Source: Bdellovibrionota bacterium
Lineage (GTDB): Bacteria; Bdellovibrionota; UBA1018; CAIPTA01; JAALKR01
NCBI GenBank assembly: GCA_965207455.1
Contig: CBDBMJ010000001.1
Span: 32,001-96,000, forward strand
DNA: 64,000 nucleotides
Direction of reading: 5' to 3'
Positions 39,433 to 49,588 of this stretch are shown piece after piece. How positions within the stretch are numbered: position 1 is the first letter of the stretch; every line of letters begins with the position of its first letter. A model generated the notes under the pieces. That model did not search any database. It worked only from the letters and a program-made list of their open reading frames with translations, and had not been told where the DNA came from. The translations under genes were made by a program, and so were the position numbers.

Positions 39433-40992
39433 ATGAATAGGAGAGTGTCCATGACCCAGTTGTTGAGTAAGGAAGTAAGCCATGATTTAAGTGATAGAAT
39501 TAAAGTTCTTCTTATTGGTGGCCATGAGATGGATTATATAAAAGTTCACCATGATTTTTCTATGGCAGTGAAGAGAAAATATGAGATAAGTTGGGAGAAA
39601 AAATATAATAATGCTTTAGGTATGGTTAATAAAAATCAGTATCACATATATTTACTTGGCTATGATCAAAAAATAGAACAAGCCTGGGATTTCATTAATC
39701 GGATAGAGAGTATTGGAAGCAAGGGGCCTGTTATCCTTATTGGAAATTCCAGTAAACCAAAAAATATTCATGAAACTTTGCGTTTGGGAGCCAGTGACTA
39801 CTTGGATAAGAAAACAATGAATACAGCATTGGTGGAAAATGTTGTGCTATATTCCCTAGAAAGAAAGAAGAGGGAAGAACAGGTTTTAGAACAACAAAAG
39901 CAGTTTACAGGAGCCGTTAAAATGTTTTCTCTTGGAAAAATGGCTCTTAACATTGCCCATGAAATTAATAATCCCTTAACTGTATTGATAATGAGGCTAG
40001 AGGAAATGCGCCAAAAATTGGTGCGGAAGGTTCCGGACTTGGCAGGAGCGTTAATCTGTGTGGATAAGCTAGAAGCCATGGCAAATAAAATCGAAGATAT
40101 TGTGGGCAAGATAAAATATAGTTCCAGAGATGGCTCAGATGATCCGTTTGAAAAAGTATATATTAAAGATATATTTTCTTATGTGCATGAAATGTGTGAG
40201 CCGAGATTTAAGGTTCTTGATATTAAATTTACACTGGATTCCGTTGAAGATGATTGTGTTTGTGAGTGCAGGCCCACAGAAATTTCTCAAGTACTCTTGA
40301 ATCTTATACATAATTCTTGCGACGCCATTAAAGATCAATCTGAAAAATATATTCAAGTGGAGTTAAAAGATTTAGGAAAAATGCTGCAAATATCTGTGCG
40401 AGATAGTGGAACAGGTGTACCTAAAAATATTATGAAAAAAATAATGAATCCATTTTTCACCACAAAGAAAATGGGTGAAGGTACGGGCTTGGGTTTGAGT
40501 ATTTGCCGGGAAATAGTGCGGAGTCATGGTGGCACTCTTGATTTAGAAGATAAATGTAAAAACACTTGTTTTTCCATCAACATACCCAAGAAACAGGAGA
40601 CAAAAGAAGATAAAAAAATGTATAAAGTGGTTGTGGTGGACGATGAACCAGAAATTCGCACAATGGTGGCAGAGCGATTTCAAGATAATGGATTTAGTGT
40701 GTTTAGTGCTGGTGATGGGTTGGAGGCATTTGAAGTGGTCCAAGCAAATGGAATAGACCTAGTGATAACGGATTATAAAATGCCCAAAGGGAATGGAGCT
40801 GAGCTTGTATCTCGTTTAAAGAAACTTGGTAGAGATAATCAACCTCAGGTTTTAATGATGACAGCTTTTTATGGTAAGGAACTCCATGCCATAGAAGGAG
40901 AAAGTGTTACGATTTTTCGCAAGCCATTTAATATGGATGATCTTGTTGATACGGCAAAAGATTTTAGGAGCAAGTTATACGCATTGAAATAA
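39433..40992 (+). CDS. Cytoplasmic hybrid histidine kinase (degenerate REC-HisKA-HATPase-REC)
   Basis: IAHEINNPL, NLIHNSCDA, DSGTG, FFTTK, GTGLGL; C-terminal VVDDE..DLVITD..KPF. Confidence 0.9.
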   Translation: MNRRVSMTQLLSKEVSHDLSDRIKVLLIGGHEMDYIKVHHDFSMAVKRKYEISWEKKYNNALGMVNKNQYHIYLLGYDQKIEQAWDFINRIESIGSKGPVILIGNSSKPKNIHETLRLGASDYLDKKTMNTALVENVVLYSLERKKREEQVLEQQKQFTGAVKMFSLGKMALNIAHEINNPLTVLIMRLEEMRQKLVRKVPDLAGALICVDKLEAMANKIEDIVGKIKYSSRDGSDDPFEKVYIKDIFSYVHEMCEPRFKVLDIKFTLDSVEDDCVCECRPTEISQVLLNLIHNSCDAIKDQSEKYIQVELKDLGKMLQISVRDSGTGVPKNIMKKIMNPFFTTKKMGEGTGLGLSICREIVRSHGGTLDLEDKCKNTCFSINIPKKQETKEDKKMYKVVVVDDEPEIRTMVAERFQDNGFSVFSAGDGLEAFEVVQANGIDLVITDYKMPKGNGAELVSRLKKLGRDNQPQVLMMTAFYGKELHAIEGESVTIFRKPFNMDDLVDTAKDFRSKLYALK

Positions 40993-41001
40993 GGCTGGCT
41001 G

Positions 41002-42417
41002 TTATATTCTAGGTCTAGAGGAGCCTTTAAACCGCTCAAAGAAATTAAAACCTTGTAAGTAACTCGCAGCCTTTTGCACTTGGTAGTCTGAGTGGGGGTC
41101 GATTTTTCGTGAATTTTTTTTACTCTTCTTTTTATTTTTAGATAGTATGAGTTCTTTAATTTTCTCTCCATTGGAGGAGAGTCCTGAGATGGTTCGCTTC
41201 AGGTCTGCTTCGCGTAGGTAGGTATTTTCTTTTTTGGCCTTTTTAAATAGCTCGGGGTCTATGTCATCGAGAAGTATATGGGGGTTAATGCCTTTTTTAT
41301 GAATGGAGATGCCGTTGGGGGTATGATAGGCAGCGATGGTTAGCTTGAGTCCCATTTTGTTACCAATGGGGCTTATTTGTTGTACAGAGCCTTTGCCAAA
41401 GGTTCTACTCCCAAGGATTAAGGCTCGGTTATGGTCCTTTAGAGCACCAGCTACAATTTCTGCAGCAGAAGCGGAATTCCCATTCACCAGTATAGCTAGT
41501 GGTAAATTTTTTCGAGCCATACCAGAGCGAGCTGTTTTCACTTCTTTTAGTTCCTTATTTCTTCCTATGATGGAAACAATGGTGCCGCTATCTAAAAAAA
41601 GATTCGTTACTTCCACGGCTTGACTCAAAAGTCCTCCTGGATTATTACGCAAGTCTAGGATCAGCCCAGAAAGTTTTTCTTTTTTCTCCATTTTGTTAAG
41701 GGCACGTTTAATATCTCTAGAAGATTTTTCTTGAAAATGACTCAATCGGATATAGGCAATATTATCCTTTAAGATTGCGTGGTGTACGCTGGGTATTTTT
41801 ATTACGGATCGTACAACTTTAAATTTTTTCATTTCCTTGCTGGAACTGCGATAAATAATGAGTTCAATGGCTGTGCCATTCTTGCCTCGCATTTTAGTGG
41901 CAGCCTCTAACAAGCTCAGTCCCTTTGTTTCTTCTCCGTTAATTTTAATAATTTTATCTTGTGCCATTATGCCTGCCTTCCATGCAGGAGTGTTTTCAAT
42001 GGAATGGCTGATGGTTAAAAGCCCATCTTTTCCCAAAAGTATATCTATTCCTATTCCTCCAAAGGTTCCCGATGTTTCCATTTTCATTTGACGGTAAATT
42101 TCTGGATTTAGGAGGCTGGAATGGGAGTCTAGGGTTTGGAGCATTCCCTGGATAGCACCATTGATAAGTTTTTCCGTATCTACTGGGTTTGCGTATTGAG
42201 TTTCCACAAAATTTAATACACGGCTGAAAAAGGCTATTTGCTTATATTTTTTTTCTGTGACCGCTGGTTTTGGTGCAGCAGTGGCATTGGGGTGGGAATG
42301 GAGAATGGGGAGCAGGAGGAGGATGGGGAGGAGGAACGCTATCCTTTTGTCGTTTAATGGATTTGGTAACGGATTTGGTAACGGACTTCGTTTATTTTGC
42401 TCATGTTGGTTTGTCAT
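41002..42417 (-). CDS. ctpA: Carboxy-terminal processing protease, S41 family
   Basis: FGGIG PDZ, DLRNNPGGLL, SASAAEI, TFGKGSVQ. Confidence 0.9.
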   Translation of the reverse strand: MTNQHEQNKRSPLPNPLPNPLNDKRIAFLLPILLLLPILHSHPNATAAPKPAVTEKKYKQIAFFSRVLNFVETQYANPVDTEKLINGAIQGMLQTLDSHSSLLNPEIYRQMKMETSGTFGGIGIDILLGKDGLLTISHSIENTPAWKAGIMAQDKIIKINGEETKGLSLLEAATKMRGKNGTAIELIIYRSSSKEMKKFKVVRSVIKIPSVHHAILKDNIAYIRLSHFQEKSSRDIKRALNKMEKKEKLSGLILDLRNNPGGLLSQAVEVTNLFLDSGTIVSIIGRNKELKEVKTARSGMARKNLPLAILVNGNSASAAEIVAGALKDHNRALILGSRTFGKGSVQQISPIGNKMGLKLTIAAYHTPNGISIHKKGINPHILLDDIDPELFKKAKKENTYLREADLKRTISGLSSNGEKIKELILSKNKKKSKKNSRKIDPHSDYQVQKAASYLQGFNFFERFKGSSRPRI

Positions 42418-42456
42418 TATTGCCTTTGCTCCTCTTGATTTAGTATAGCTTGAGAT

Positions 42457-43617
42457 TTATCGTTTTGCCTGTAGTTTTTCCCCATTTTTTAACCAAGGCA
42501 GGGGATTCATAGCCACATGACGTTTTCGAATCTCAAAGTACAGGGGGGCATTGTCTAGGGCAGTTTTGCCAATCACTTCTCCTTTTCTCACCCACTCTCC
42601 CGTGTTTTTTAAAATTTCTCCTAAGTGACCCATGAGGGTATAGTATTCCTTTCCATGCTCCATGATTAGTAATTGCTGGAAGCCTGCGAGTCTCCCGGAG
42701 TAAACTACTTTCCCGGGGTAAACAGCCTGAACAGGAGCACCTCCCTCTTTAGGTTGTATTTCAATTCCTTTATGGAAGCGGTATAGATTTGTTTTAGGGT
42801 CGTATTTTTTACCGAACTTACTCAGTAATATACCTTCGATGGGCGAGGGCAACTTGCCTTTGCGGGAGAGAAAATCCAAGGTATTTGTTTTTCTTTTTTT
42901 GGGAGAGGGCTCATTTTTTGCTATTTGGAGTATCCGGTGAATACCTTGTTTCATTTTTTCTATCTTTTGCAGCTTGCGGATTTGCTTAGCTAAAAAACGT
43001 GTATTTTTTCCTAATTGTTTTTGTTTAGAGCTCTTATTGGCTGCCAATACACTTTGTTTTTCCTTTAAACCGTTTACACGGTTGCGTATTTGTTCGTGTT
43101 TATGGCGAAGGCTCTCATCCAGATCGCTTAGTTTTTTGGATAGGCCCTTTAAGTGGGTCACCTCATCTGCATATTGAGATATGGATGCATCTATGGTGGC
43201 GTGTAGCATGGATCTCAGGGAGAGTTCTTTGCTTTTCATATTGGATATGGGTGTTTCATAGCGAAGAAGGAAGAATTCACTTAAGTATTTTTTTATGGTG
43301 CTCTTTCGTTGATGGATCATTTCCATTAAACTTTCTTTTCTTTGTTCCATTTCTTTTACTTTAATTTCAGTTTCTTGGAGTTCTAGGATGCTTAACTGGA
43401 TTTCCATTGCTTGCAGTCGCATTAATTTTTCTAATTTTTTCAGAATAGTCTGAGTGGATACTTTTTTTTGGCGTGCTTTTCGTATCTTACGCTTCATTAT
43501 TCCCACACGTTTTTGAGAATTTTTTAGTTCTGCGGACTGGGGACTTGTATTGGAAAGGGCTGCCTTGGGTGTTACTGCACACAGGAGTAAGGCATATAAT
43601 AGAATGTGCTTAAGCAA
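42457..43617 (-). CDS. envC: Murein hydrolase activator, coiled coil + M23 domain
   Basis: Signal peptide, long coiled coil, KGKLPSP, HKGIEI, LYFEIR; after ftsEX. Confidence 0.85.
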   Translation of the reverse strand: MLKHILLYALLLCAVTPKAALSNTSPQSAELKNSQKRVGIMKRKIRKARQKKVSTQTILKKLEKLMRLQAMEIQLSILELQETEIKVKEMEQRKESLMEMIHQRKSTIKKYLSEFFLLRYETPISNMKSKELSLRSMLHATIDASISQYADEVTHLKGLSKKLSDLDESLRHKHEQIRNRVNGLKEKQSVLAANKSSKQKQLGKNTRFLAKQIRKLQKIEKMKQGIHRILQIAKNEPSPKKRKTNTLDFLSRKGKLPSPIEGILLSKFGKKYDPKTNLYRFHKGIEIQPKEGGAPVQAVYPGKVVYSGRLAGFQQLLIMEHGKEYYTLMGHLGEILKNTGEWVRKGEVIGKTALDNAPLYFEIRKRHVAMNPLPWLKNGEKLQAKR

Positions 43618-44494
43618 AGGAGTTCCTCATAAATGCTATGGCAGCCCCCAGTGTATGGGCCACAAGTCCAGCCAAGAACATGGCAACTAGAGCCCATAGA
43701 AGGAGTGTATTGTCTAGCATAAAGGGGTCATAGCCCAAGGCTGTGAAAAATTGGTTAAATAGAAGAATAATAAAGTTTCGTCCATATAAAAGAATCCCTG
43801 CGGCACCCAAGGATCCCACGGTGGCGTAGAGCACAGACTCAGTCACCCATGGAAGTAATATCCACCTGGGACTAGCTCCAAAGCTTTGGATAAGGTAGAT
43901 TTCTTGGGCATCTTGGGACTGAATATTTTGGTAGTGGTTGGTGGCCATAATAACAAGCACTAACCATAGGGCAATGGCAAGCATTACCCCACCTACACTG
44001 AGCCAGTATAGGGGTTTTTTTGCACCTCCAATGCGTTTGTTTCCACTTTCTACACGGGATACGCCGGGGAATGTTTTAATCTTATTGATGGCATTGTTCT
44101 GTTGTTTTCTGGAGTATAGGGAAGGAAAGGTAACCTCCACCACTCTAGGAAAAATATCCTCTCCCACGCCGTCTAGGATTTGAAAAATTTCAGGAAATTT
44201 TTTGGAAAGGTAGGTTTTAAATTCCCGTACTCCAATAATTTGGATAGTCGATACTTCTTTTAAATCTCGGATCTTTTCTGAAATAGAAGAAAGGGAATTT
44301 GTGTTTGTGGGATCCACAAATACGGCAAGCATTCGGTTGGCTTTTAAATTTATTTGATCCCCTCCCTGTATCCAATAGGACCAAAAACCAAGGCTGGTAG
44401 CACTTAGGAGTATGGCTGTTGTGGAGAATAGGGCTAGTATGGAAGCAAAAAGTCTACGACGCATTCCGTGAATAGTGTTCTTTAAAAAATACAT
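43610..44494 (-). CDS. ftsX: Cell division permease
   Basis: TM1-periplasmic-TM topology; EIYLIQSFGASPRWILLP; between ftsE and envC. Confidence 0.8.
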   Translation of the reverse strand: MYFLKNTIHGMRRRLFASILALFSTTAILLSATSLGFWSYWIQGGDQINLKANRMLAVFVDPTNTNSLSSISEKIRDLKEVSTIQIIGVREFKTYLSKKFPEIFQILDGVGEDIFPRVVEVTFPSLYSRKQQNNAINKIKTFPGVSRVESGNKRIGGAKKPLYWLSVGGVMLAIALWLVLVIMATNHYQNIQSQDAQEIYLIQSFGASPRWILLPWVTESVLYATVGSLGAAGILLYGRNFIILLFNQFFTALGYDPFMLDNTLLLWALVAMFLAGLVAHTLGAAIAFMRNSFA

Positions 44495-45192
44495 ATACCT
44501 TCCCTGTTATCTAGGCGTAGCCGTCCTCCACTCAGGTGGCCCGTCTGTTTGCGAACTTTTCTTACAATATCCTGATCGTGGGTAGCCACAATGATGGACA
44601 TTCCCTTTAGGTTGAGTTTTTGGAATAGGTCCATGATGCTCCAAGTGTGATCGTGGTCGAGGCTTCCCGTGGGTTCGTCTGCGATTAAAAAATCAGGCTT
44701 ATTGATAATGGCGCGAGCAATGGCAATACGCTGTTTTTCTCCACCTGAGAGTTCCTTGAGAGGTGTGTAGAGAGCTTTTTTAGAAATGCCGACGTCTTCG
44801 GCAGTGGAGTAGACCAGTTTTTTTGCCTTTGGATCTGTGGGAGAGACGGGAGCCACCCCTGTGCCAGCGCGACCAAAATATAAGGGTAGTACGATGTTTT
44901 CATAGGCACTACGGTCATGGAGAAGGCGCAGGTCTTGGTAAACAATTCCCAAGGTTCGTCGCAATTGCAATATGTTGGACGACAGTTTTCCCACAGGGTA
45001 GGTGCCGTGAAGAAGCACGTCTCCTTCCGATGGCTTTTCTTCTCCAGAGAGCATTTTGAGAAGAGTTGTTTTTCCTGCACCACTGTCTCCCACGATAAAG
45101 AGAAAATCCCCGGGCTTCCATTCTAGGGAGATTTGATGGAGCGTGGGGGTGTTTTGGTAGTAGGTTTTTGATGCGCGTCGCATTGAAATCAT
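44482..45192 (-). CDS. ftsE: Cell division ATP-binding protein
   Basis: [31 protein letters not shown]. Confidence 0.9.
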   Translation of the reverse strand: MISMRRASKTYYQNTPTLHQISLEWKPGDFLFIVGDSGAGKTTLLKMLSGEEKPSEGDVLLHGTYPVGKLSSNILQLRRTLGIVYQDLRLLHDRSAYENIVLPLYFGRAGTGVAPVSPTDPKAKKLVYSTAEDVGISKKALYTPLKELSGGEKQRIAIARAIINKPDFLIADEPTGSLDHDHTWSIMDLFQKLNLKGMSIIVATHDQDIVRKVRKQTGHLSGGRLRLDNREGICIF

Positions 45193-45251
45193 AGGCGTCC
45201 TCTAAAAAAATTTTAGCATCGTTCTCCCTCCTTTGGTAGTCTATAAAGGTT

Positions 45252-46751
45252 ATGATACTTGAAAAGGAAAAAGTAAATCATCCTAGGATGTTTATGCGCT
45301 GTGGGCGAGGTGCCATTCTCCTTTTTCTCTCCACCACACTTGTAGTATGGGTTTTCCATGAACCCAGCTCATGGGCCGGCAAAAAATCCCCAGAGCTTCA
45401 AGTGAGTGGGGGTTTGGTGGACTTGCAAAAAGCACCACTTTTTTATTCCAAATCCTATTCCTTGGCGAAGACTTGGGGGCCTAGCATTCCTTTAGATAAT
45501 GCTTTTTCTGTGAAAAAAACATACGGGCGTTGGATATACGGTCAACCGGTACCGTTAAAAAGGATGCTCGTTAAGGATTATGCTCCCAATGGGTGGGTGT
45601 ATAGTCTTATGTTGCTTTCCTCTGGAGAGAGGGCTTCCCGCAGTAAGGCTATTCGTCAGCTTATTTTCTCTTCTGGTTTTTACGGTAAAGATCTTTGGAA
45701 AGGAAGGAAGGTATCTTGGGAAGCTCACCACTATTTAAATTTTTTGGATAGCTTAGTCCTTAGTAAGAAGACATTGGATATTTTTTCTGGTGGTGCAGTG
45801 GCAGAGGTACCTGTTAAGCCATTTTCTCTTTTTCCGTTGGCCATGGCAGAAACGGCAGAAAAAAAGGAGAAGGGCTTGGGGCTCACGGGGGTAAGCTTTC
45901 ATTTTTTAAGAGAGGCCTCCAATCAATTAAAAAAACAGCGAGCACAAAAAAGAAAGCGGGTACGTGCTCTTAAGTTACAGCCGAGGAAAGTTCCTTTGCC
46001 TAGTCTTGAGGTGAAAAAAAATATTTTAGGTCATTATCTGAGTGCTAAACGTTTAGTATTTCCAAGGTTAAGTCATAATACGGTAGATACCCATTTATAT
46101 CTCAGGGCGATTACTGCCCGTCTGCTCCAACATTGCCCTCAATCCGTTCGCAAGTTTTGGAAGAATAAGCATTGGTCTACCTACCAGATAGAAACAATTC
46201 AAGGTGAAGGCAAGGACGTTTGGTCTCAGTTGACTTTGTCGGGAGGAAATTTTTTTTACAGTAACCAGGCACTTCGTTTAGCTAAGAATGAGGCTGAGCT
46301 TGCCTATCTTCTTATTCGTCCATTTATATTGACATCACGACTCAAGGAAATTCCATTGAAATTTCAAAAATCTTGGTTGCCAAATATCTATGCTCAAGAG
46401 GAGTTGCTATGGAAGAAACAGTTGGAGTACCAGTCCACCAAGTATAATCCAAAATTGGATGTGGGCGACGATATTGCGGTGGACTTGATAGCTTCCCGTT
46501 GCCTAGCAGGTGAAGGTTATGATTATTGGGCGGGTGTGGAGTATATAAAAAAATTCAGGGACTATCAGAAAGCTACTGAGGGTAAGAAATCCTCAGCTGT
46601 TTGGGATTATAATCAATTCAAGGGACTCAACTATCGCCTAGAAAATGTGATACGTAGGCTTAAGGTGTGGGAGAAGAGTAATAACTTGAGTGGTGTGAGA
46701 AAGAAAAATGTGAAACGTTTTCAAATAGCACGTTCATTGTGGAATTTCTAA
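45252..46751 (+). CDS. Exported basic protein with degenerate M48-peptidase-like C-domain
   Basis: N-terminal hydrophobic segment; GGNFF..ALRLAKNEAELAYLL and D..A...L..EGYD resemble M48, but HEXXH is absent. Confidence 0.55.
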   Translation: MILEKEKVNHPRMFMRCGRGAILLFLSTTLVVWVFHEPSSWAGKKSPELQVSGGLVDLQKAPLFYSKSYSLAKTWGPSIPLDNAFSVKKTYGRWIYGQPVPLKRMLVKDYAPNGWVYSLMLLSSGERASRSKAIRQLIFSSGFYGKDLWKGRKVSWEAHHYLNFLDSLVLSKKTLDIFSGGAVAEVPVKPFSLFPLAMAETAEKKEKGLGLTGVSFHFLREASNQLKKQRAQKRKRVRALKLQPRKVPLPSLEVKKNILGHYLSAKRLVFPRLSHNTVDTHLYLRAITARLLQHCPQSVRKFWKNKHWSTYQIETIQGEGKDVWSQLTLSGGNFFYSNQALRLAKNEAELAYLLIRPFILTSRLKEIPLKFQKSWLPNIYAQEELLWKKQLEYQSTKYNPKLDVGDDIAVDLIASRCLAGEGYDYWAGVEYIKKFRDYQKATEGKKSSAVWDYNQFKGLNYRLENVIRRLKVWEKSNNLSGVRKKNVKRFQIARSLWNF

Positions 46752-46775
46752 GCTGAATGGGGCATAGCGAGATAT

Positions 46776-47702
46776 ATGGAAAGAGTTACATTAAGTAGAA
46801 AAATAGCAGCTCCAGTATTCCTGTCCCTATTTTATTTATTTATATCAAAGGTATGTTTTTATTTTCTACTGACGATTGTAACCAGTCTTGTGCTTTTCGA
46901 TGGAGATGATCAAGCCAGTAAAACCATTCATGAGATTTCCAATCAATATATTTTTTTATCTTATAGTTTAGGAGCTATTATCACATTGCTTATTTGTTGG
47001 GCCAATGATCATGTTTTAGATGGATACCTTCCCCTGTCCAGTCAGTCCAGTAAAAAGCCTTGGAGTTTTCGTTTGAGTCGTCCCGCTAGGTTGAATTTCT
47101 GGCGAGGAGTGGGAAGTGGCATGATTATTTCCTTCAGCGTGATTTTTTTATTGTATTTTTCTGGGCAATCTTTGTTTTTAGGAAGTTTTATTAGCCCCTT
47201 TACCCATGCACCGATTTTCTTTTTATTTTTAGCAAATTCTGTATCTCTTGGGTTTATGGTTCTCTGTGAGGAATATATATTTCGCCATAAGGTGCTGGGG
47301 TTATTGAAAGAGCGAATTGCTCCCTTTTACGCTATTTTTGTGAGCTCACTTATTTATGTACTCATAAAGCATTTTCAGTTCCAACTGGCATGTATCGACT
47401 ATTTAAGTCTTTTTATTGTAAATTTTTCTGCTGGATTTTTTTACTTAAGAACAAAAAATATTTTTCGTGGTGTGGGCTTTTTAGGTACTTTATACGGCTT
47501 TACCCATTTTGTTTTTGGGCTTACCCTTTGGGGGCATGCTGGTGCGGGTCTTTTTTTAATTAAAGATTCCAGCTTTGCTTTTCCCATTATTACGGGAGGC
47601 AAGGACGGTCCCTTGGCAGGGTTAGCTATGGTGGGAGCTCTATTATTACTAACGATTTCAAGCTATTGGGGTTGGAGGCAGTCGAGAGTTAGGGTACAAT
47701 AA
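46776..47702 (+). CDS. CPBP (Abi/CAAX) intramembrane protease family
   Basis: Multi-TM; EEYIFR, SSLIY..KH, GG..GP motifs. Confidence 0.78.
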   Translation: MERVTLSRKIAAPVFLSLFYLFISKVCFYFLLTIVTSLVLFDGDDQASKTIHEISNQYIFLSYSLGAIITLLICWANDHVLDGYLPLSSQSSKKPWSFRLSRPARLNFWRGVGSGMIISFSVIFLLYFSGQSLFLGSFISPFTHAPIFFLFLANSVSLGFMVLCEEYIFRHKVLGLLKERIAPFYAIFVSSLIYVLIKHFQFQLACIDYLSLFIVNFSAGFFYLRTKNIFRGVGFLGTLYGFTHFVFGLTLWGHAGAGLFLIKDSSFAFPIITGGKDGPLAGLAMVGALLLLTISSYWGWRQSRVRVQ

Positions 47703-47722
47703 AGAAAAAGGAGTATGGTGGT

Positions 47723-48397
47723 ATGGAAGATAATAGTCTTGGTGTTTTAAATCTTATTTTGCACGCAGGTCCAGTTGTAAAATTAACGATGATGGTGTTG
47801 TTCGTTGCCAGTATTGGCACATGGGCTATTATTTTTTTTAAGTGGAGAATTTTTAAAAATGCAAAAAGACAAAACAGAGAATTTTTAAAAGGTTTTTGGA
47901 GTGGACGCAGTTTAGGGGAGTCATTTATTCGAGCAGAAGATTTCCCTCTGAGTCCGGTTGCAAAGTCTTTTATGGAAGTTATTCGAGAATCCCGTCTTAA
48001 TCATACAAAAAATAAGGTGGAAAGTTTGGAAGTACGAACAGCTATCATTATGCGTACGTTGCAAAAATCCAATACGGGAGAGCTATCCTCTCTGGAGTAT
48101 GCCCTTACTTGGTTGGCCACAACGGCAAGCGCCTCTCCCTTTATTGGCTTATTTGGAACGGTTTGGGGAATTATGGGTAGTTTTCAATCCATTGGGATTT
48201 CCGGTTCTGCCAATTTAGCAGTCGTGGCGCCAGGTATTAGTGAAGCATTGGTGGCCACTGCTTTGGGTTTAGTGGCAGCTGTTCCTGCAGCAATTGCCTA
48301 TAATTATTTTAATAGTAAGGTGAAGAGTCAGGCAATAGCGTTGGATTCTTTTAGTCGAGACTTAATGAATTTGCTCCAGCGGCAGGAGGCAATTTAA
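47723..48397 (+). CDS. tolQ: Tol-Pal system protein TolQ
   Basis: PFIGLFGTVWGIM, VAPGISEALVATA.GL..AVPA. Confidence 0.92.
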   Translation: MEDNSLGVLNLILHAGPVVKLTMMVLFVASIGTWAIIFFKWRIFKNAKRQNREFLKGFWSGRSLGESFIRAEDFPLSPVAKSFMEVIRESRLNHTKNKVESLEVRTAIIMRTLQKSNTGELSSLEYALTWLATTASASPFIGLFGTVWGIMGSFQSIGISGSANLAVVAPGISEALVATALGLVAAVPAAIAYNYFNSKVKSQAIALDSFSRDLMNLLQRQEAI

Positions 48398-48403
48398 GCA
48401 TTT

Positions 48404-48835
48404 ATGAAAGAAGACTTTTCCAGTTTTGTTCCTCCTCGTATGCTTTCAGAAATTAATGTAACGCCATTTGTGGACGTTATGTTGGTTCTGTTAATTGTTT
48501 TTATGATTTCTGCTCCCTTGATGCAACAAGGGGTTCAGGTGGATCTGCCTCAAACCAATGCTCGTCCATTGACGGAACAGCAGCAACCCATCATACTTAC
48601 GGTTCGTAGGGATGGACAAGTGCGTATCAACAAGAATAGAGTTCCTTTGGGTAAGCTGTCCAGTAAATTACGAGCAATTTATAAAGATAGGAAAAAAAAG
48701 GAAATATTTATTCAAGCAGATCGAAAGGCTGCTTATGGAATGGTGGCTAAGGTGCTTTCCGCAGTGCAACTTGCAGGAGTTTATAAGATAGGCTTAGTAA
48801 CCAAACCAAACAAGCGCCGTAGAAATAAAAAGTAA
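48404..48835 (+). CDS. tolR: Tol-Pal system protein TolR
   Basis: EINVTPFVDVMLVLLIVFM, VDLP, ADR..YG. Confidence 0.92.
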   Translation: MKEDFSSFVPPRMLSEINVTPFVDVMLVLLIVFMISAPLMQQGVQVDLPQTNARPLTEQQQPIILTVRRDGQVRINKNRVPLGKLSSKLRAIYKDRKKKEIFIQADRKAAYGMVAKVLSAVQLAGVYKIGLVTKPNKRRRNKK

Positions 48836-48841
48836 AAAAAC

Positions 48842-49588
48842 ATGGTCTCCCCATCCTTATCCAATCCAGCCATTCTTCCCAGAAGCTATATTCGATTTTC
48901 CATTATCCTTCACTTAGTTTTTTTCTTATTGCTTTTTTTGGGTGAAACGTTCTTTTCTAGAGATATTATTGTGATCCCGCCTTCAGTACAAATCGAGATG
49001 GTGGCCCTACCCGATTTAGTGAAAAATCGAGGCGCTCCTGTAAAGGTCCAGGATCCCATTCGTGATATTGCGCCTCGAAAATCTCCACCTCCTCCAAAGA
49101 AAGCGGATAGAATGAAGCTTTCCACTAGGAAGAAAACAAAAAAGAGTAATCTAGGCGCGTTACGTAATTTTCGTAAAAAAGTACAAAAAAAAAATAAAAA
49201 ACTTTTGGAGAGAAAGAAAAAAGAACTGGAGCGTTTAGAGACTAATTTTCGTCGGCCGTTAAAAGGAAATCAATTACATCAAGGTAGTAGCAGCTCAGGG
49301 GAGCGCACAAAAATACTGGATAAATACCTGGGGTATATTCGAGGAAAAATCCAATCCAATTGGACGATTCCTCCCTATTTGGAGTCTAAAAATTTAAAAG
49401 CGACAGTGCGTTTATATATTGATGCTCAAGGAAAAATTCGCTATTCTTTAAAAGAGAGTTCGGGTAATAAAGTATTTGATACTCAGGTGAAGGAATCATT
49501 GGAGAAAAGCAACCCATTTGATGCGCCACCCGTGGATATGCGTATGGATTTGATGAAAAGAGGATTGGATTTAGGGTTTCCCCTATGA
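48842..49588 (+). CDS. tolA: TolA/TonB C-terminal domain protein
   Basis: TM with S..LH, Lys/Pro-rich linker, IQSNW.IP..SSGN..FD; between tolR and tolB. Confidence 0.78.
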   Translation: MVSPSLSNPAILPRSYIRFSIILHLVFFLLLFLGETFFSRDIIVIPPSVQIEMVALPDLVKNRGAPVKVQDPIRDIAPRKSPPPPKKADRMKLSTRKKTKKSNLGALRNFRKKVQKKNKKLLERKKKELERLETNFRRPLKGNQLHQGSSSSGERTKILDKYLGYIRGKIQSNWTIPPYLESKNLKATVRLYIDAQGKIRYSLKESSGNKVFDTQVKESLEKSNPFDAPPVDMRMDLMKRGLDLGFPL

